Assembly (NCBI RefSeq): GCF_036321535.1
Contig: NC_087447.1
Location: 47,432,001 to 47,496,000, forward strand
DNA: 64,000 nucleotides
From: Camelus dromedarius
Lineage: Eukaryota
Reading direction: 5' to 3'
Positions 62,101 to 64,000 of this stretch are shown here, in pieces (the first letter of the stretch is position 1; each line of letters begins with the position of its first letter). Both the position numbers and the translations under genes were made by a program. A model generated the notes under the pieces. The model saw nothing but the letters and a program-made list of their open reading frames with translations, was not told the origin of the DNA and did not search any database.

Positions 62101-64000
62101 GGAGGACCTAGTTCACCCAGCAGTGTGGTCCAGACTCTACTGTGACCCAGTCAGCCCTCCCTGGGCCTCCTCTCAACCCATCCTGGTATCCAGGAGAACA
62201 GCCACACCACCAGCAAATGAAGTGGAAGCCTGGCCACTGTCTGTCCTCTCTGTACCCCTCACCAAGATGGCTATCTCTTCTGTTACCACTGAGTCCCTTC
62301 TAGGATCTGGTTCTCAGATCTCTTGAAAGGTGTGTGTTAGCTGGGTGTGCCTGCTGGGAGTGGTGGTTGCAAAGAGCCTGGAGGCTAGCTGAGCCACTGA
62401 CCCAAGCAGCTCTGATAAACTCTCCAAGCCTTGTCTGTCTGATACCAGCCGGCCAACGTGTGACACAGGGCTCAGCCTCAACTCAGGATCCACTCAGTCC
62501 AATTCAAGGATGGGTAGGCTCCTGGAACCAAGAATTTTGGAAATTTGGAAGCTGGGGATCATCAGCTCATAAAACCCTAGAATCCTTGATCCCCAATGCC
62601 TAGAAGCTTAGACTCAGAATCCTAAAATCCTAGCTGCCCAATATGGGGAGAGGGAGGGTGGGAGTAGAGAGGGACAGAGAAGCCCTCCCCCTGACCCATC
62701 TCACCCTTCACTGCCCTGTTTGGTTGGTTCCTGTCCTGACATGTCCACATCTGGAGGCTGCTGAGCCTGGGATGTCCCAGGAGCTGCTGCTTCCTGCTCC
62801 CTCCCTGAAGCTGCAGGGATCCTGAGTCCATGACCAGGCCAAGGCCTCTCATTGAATCAGATGCTGGGGTCAGACCAAAGGCTCCTGACTCTAGGCCTGA
62901 TTACAGGCAGAGCTCTGGCCCGAGCATTATGGTAGGAAGGAAGGGAAGGGAGAAGAGAAGGCCCAGGTGCAGGGCAGTGCCCTCTGGGGCAGGAGGGAAG
63001 ATGGCAGAGGAGACCCAGGCTCCTGGGGGTGGAGGTGGGGGTGAGGGCAATAAGCAATGGTAGCTCAGCCCTGCTACTGCTCCCCTATCCTGGGGGCTGA
63101 CACACCCCAGCACCGGCCTGGGCAGAAGGAGGCAGGGCCAGGCCAGGCTCCCCTAGGAGCTCCACTCAGCTGAGAATCCAGGTGTGACTTCCAGCTTCCT
63201 ACCCTGGGAATGGGGACAGAGGAGTGTCCGTAAGAGGGCCCAATCCTCCCCTCCCTCCCCCTTGCCCTCACAATCTTTTGCTCTCACAACAATGAAGACA
63301 ATGAGGAGAAGGAAGATTTTGCCACATTCTATCCTGGGGTGCGGTGGGGATAAATCTGACCCCTGAATCCTCCTCTGGGCTCCTTTGGCCGTAAGCATCA
63401 CACTCTTGACCGCAGCTGATCTCTACTTTTTAGCCTTTTAGCTCTGGAACCATGTTCCCTAGGTTTGTTCATCTAGTCACAAACACCTGACTGTACCAGA
63501 CCCCAGGCACTGAGAGGAGTCAGGTTCCTGGTTTGGTCAGAGAGAAAGACTTGGACTCTGTGACAACAGAGGGTGGGCAGTATCCGAAGGAAACTCAGGG
63601 CTTCAGAGGCCCAGGAGGCCCTGACCAGGCCCCAGGTGGGCAGGTAGAATACAGGCCTCAGAGCTCCCTGCCTGGCTGCCAGTCCCAGCTCTCCCTTCCT
63701 TCAGCTAAAAGAGTGTAGCTGAGTCACTTAACTTCTACTGATCTGTTTCCTCCTTAGCAAAATGGGATCCAGGAGGACTACCGTATTCAACAAAGCCAAG
63801 GGTGGACAGGACAGGACCAGAGCAGTAAGCAGACCTCCAGGAGCTGCTCACCTAGGACTTTGACAGCAGCCAGTCCAGCCTGCAAGCAGGATGCCCTTGC
63901 AGGCATCCCATCCCCACAGCTGGTCACCAGTAATGTCACCTGTCTAGGTGGCCCTCCAGTCCCTGCCTGCCACCCCAGTGAGGAGTTTGCAGAGTAGGAC

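Noticed and set aside
50023..64000. ARAP1 main promoter / CpG island or a second gene
   Set aside because: No clear CpG island or recognisable coding exon; reads as intron with repeats

Overview
This is mammalian genomic DNA, most likely a camelid, judged from a tRNA-Ala-derived SINE and camelid-type L1 3' ends. The window holds almost the whole ARAP1 gene on the minus strand. I traced 33 coding exons from the ATG at 45587 to the TGA at 6689. All introns are GT-AG and phase-consistent, giving a 4359-nt CDS (1452 aa; SAM-PH-PH-ArfGAP-ANK-PH-PH-RhoGAP-RA-PH). One 5' non-coding exon (49941-50022) and the 3' UTR (to ~6110) are also present; the main first exon probably lies beyond the right edge. 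The rest is intronic or intergenic sequence with MIR, L2, L1, MLT1 and hAT-type relics, microsatellites and CTCF-like motifs. No prokaryote-type system is present. The best leads are: (1) a probable internal start region at 21.9-22.7 kb with two strong-Kozak mini-ORFs that would splice in frame to give an ARAP1 lacking ArfGAP but keeping RhoGAP; (2) an alternative N-terminus MTLNGSGGQ overlapping a weak acceptor; (3) a perfect 24-bp inverted repeat in unique intronic DNA; (4) a uORF in the 5' UTR; (5) nested transposon insertions. Comparisons to human ARAP1 and repeat family names come from memory, not from a search.
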